A DNA stretch of 63,972 bases, filler included, from Dicyema japonicum (Eukaryota; Animalia; Dicyemida), in NCBI GenBank assembly GCA_011109175.1. It is 5 parts of 5 records of this genome, joined end to end, with 100 filler letters (N's around TTAATTAATTAA, not from the genome) between each part and the next. Parts side by side here need not be neighbours in the genome. Positions count along the whole stretch, not along the records: positions 62,916 to 63,972 come from RDEW01000048.1; 4 more parts are not named here. One strand, written 5' to 3'. Below the pieces are notes generated by a model. It was not told where the DNA came from, did no database searches, and saw nothing but the letters and a program-made list of their open reading frames with translations. The translations under genes and the position numbers were made by a program. Positions 62,816 through 63,972 of the stretch are shown here, piece by piece. Every line of letters starts with the position of its first letter. Positions within the stretch are counted from its first letter, which is position 1.

Positions 62816-63389
62816 NNNNNNNNNNNNNNNNNNNNNNNNNNNNNNNNNNNNNNNNNNNNTTAATTAATTAANNNNNNNNNNNNNNNNNNNNNNNNNNNNN
62901 NNNNNNNNNNNNNNNTCTTGGACTTTAAATTCGATTACTACAACAGAGTACATGACACGCCAAATAAAGTCCTTTTCACATATTTATGGGAGCGCAACAT
63001 GTATTAGAAATCATATGAGAAGAGGAATATTTGAATATTGCCATTGTAATAGAAAAATGGCAGAGAGTCTTTCAAGATGACGGGTTATAACAAGATAATA
63101 GCCAATCATTAGGTACTTGTCTAAATTAATAATAAATATGATCATATGAGAAGAGGAATATTTGAATATTGCCATTCTAATAGAAAAATGGCAAAGAGTC
63201 TTTCAAGATGACGGGTTATAACAAGATAATAGCCAATCATTAGGTACTTGTCTAAATTAATAATAAATATGAGAAAATGAGGGCAGCGTAAGACGATTTC
63301 TTTTATGTGAGGTACTTGACGAAATATACGATAATTAGAAAACTACATTCTGGAATATAAAGAAGAAAAAAGTTATGATTATGTATTGA

Positions 63390-63545
63390 CCCTTAGGGCT
63401 ATTATGGTTTGGCTTAGGATTGGATAAAGATTAGAAATATGGTTAACGTCTAGGGTTAATGGTTGGAATTTTAGGGTTACGGTTTAGGTTTTGATTATGG
63501 TTGTGATTTTAGATTAAGATTTATGTTTACGACTTTAGGTCGACA
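63390..63545 (+). repeat. Degenerate TTAGGG/TTAGGT-like low-complexity tract
   Basis: Several TAGGG(T)/TTAGG(T) motifs at irregular spacing. Confidence 0.35.
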
Positions 63546-63699
63546 AAATTAATGTTTAACCATTTTTGTCAATGATTTTTTGCTATTTGTGCTTTAAATT
63601 GGTTTTGTGATTAATAGGGCAACAGGAAAATAAAAATATCAAAAAATAGCTGTTTATTTTTAAAAATTACAACAATTTATTATTAAATGTATTTTTTAC

Positions 63700-63972
63700 C
63701 AAATAAAAGTTTATGTTTGTTTCGTCTGTTCCTCCTCTTTCCCCTTTTAATAGAGTGGTGTCATGTCATCCACCTGTCTATGTGGCACCCAGTCCAGGCT
63801 GGCACGAAAAAGGATCATTTGCTCTCCCCCACTCCATTGGTGGTTTTCCACACTGCAAGTAATGGAGATCTTTTATCTTTTAAACTGGTTCCAGATGGAC
63901 TCTTTTTCTGTATCATTGGAAATTGGATACACTTAATTGAGTTGCTTACTCTTAATTTCTTTTTTGGTGTAT
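63700..63972 (+). mobile_element. Repeat family A, copy 5 (runs off the window end)
   Basis: Core at 63757-63817. Confidence 0.8.

Noticed and set aside
29642-62915. Palindromic TTAATTAATTAA islands inside N runs (about 29686, 34622, 61141, 62860)
   Set aside because: Artificial six-frame-stop scaffold linkers.
896-63270. Many near-identical tandem duplications of about 30-250 nt (e.g. 896-950, 4530-4770, 15050-15230, 16040-16340, 16880-17065, 21190-21370, 23020-23370, 24880-25190, 29830-30060, 36440-36720, 38325-38690, 48110-48790, 53730-53995, 54100-54285, 54480-54860, 56210-56375, 57775-58050, 58630-58855, 63030-63270)
   Set aside because: They occur in only two units, are roughly read-length sized, differ by a few SNPs, and often sit at a single n. 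This is the signature of unmerged allelic contig overlaps, not real repeats or CRISPR arrays.

Overview
AT-rich, transposon-saturated eukaryotic draft scaffold with large N gaps, TTAATTAATTAA linkers and many single-n joins carrying duplicated overlaps. Most of the window is decayed non-LTR retroelements: RTE, about nine CRE-clade fragments, Vingi/Ingi-like LINEs with an N-terminal 2A-like peptide, R4/Dong-like pieces and a CR1/L2-like piece. DNA transposons include hAT, pogo and two Ginger/TDD-like integrase elements. Host genes have tiny GT-AG introns (21-36 nt): an apparently intact 7-intron secreted/GPI-type gene (44700-45556), a Sec5/EXOC2-like gene, a Myc-like bHLH-Zip fragment and several degraded genes. 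This suggests a reduced animal parasite such as a myxozoan or dicyemid (inference only). Best leads: (1) a five-copy short repeat with an HDV-ribozyme-like pseudoknot topology and compensatory changes; (2) DNA transposons (Ginger-like x2, hAT) carrying host-sized 24-27 nt introns, one with intact TIRs and a 5-bp TSD; (3) the 2A StopGo motif in two LINE copies; (4) a tRNA-SINE family with a conserved core behind dissimilar heads. All homology calls are by eye from remembered family motifs; no searches were run, and TE boundaries are approximate unless a TSD or TIR is cited.
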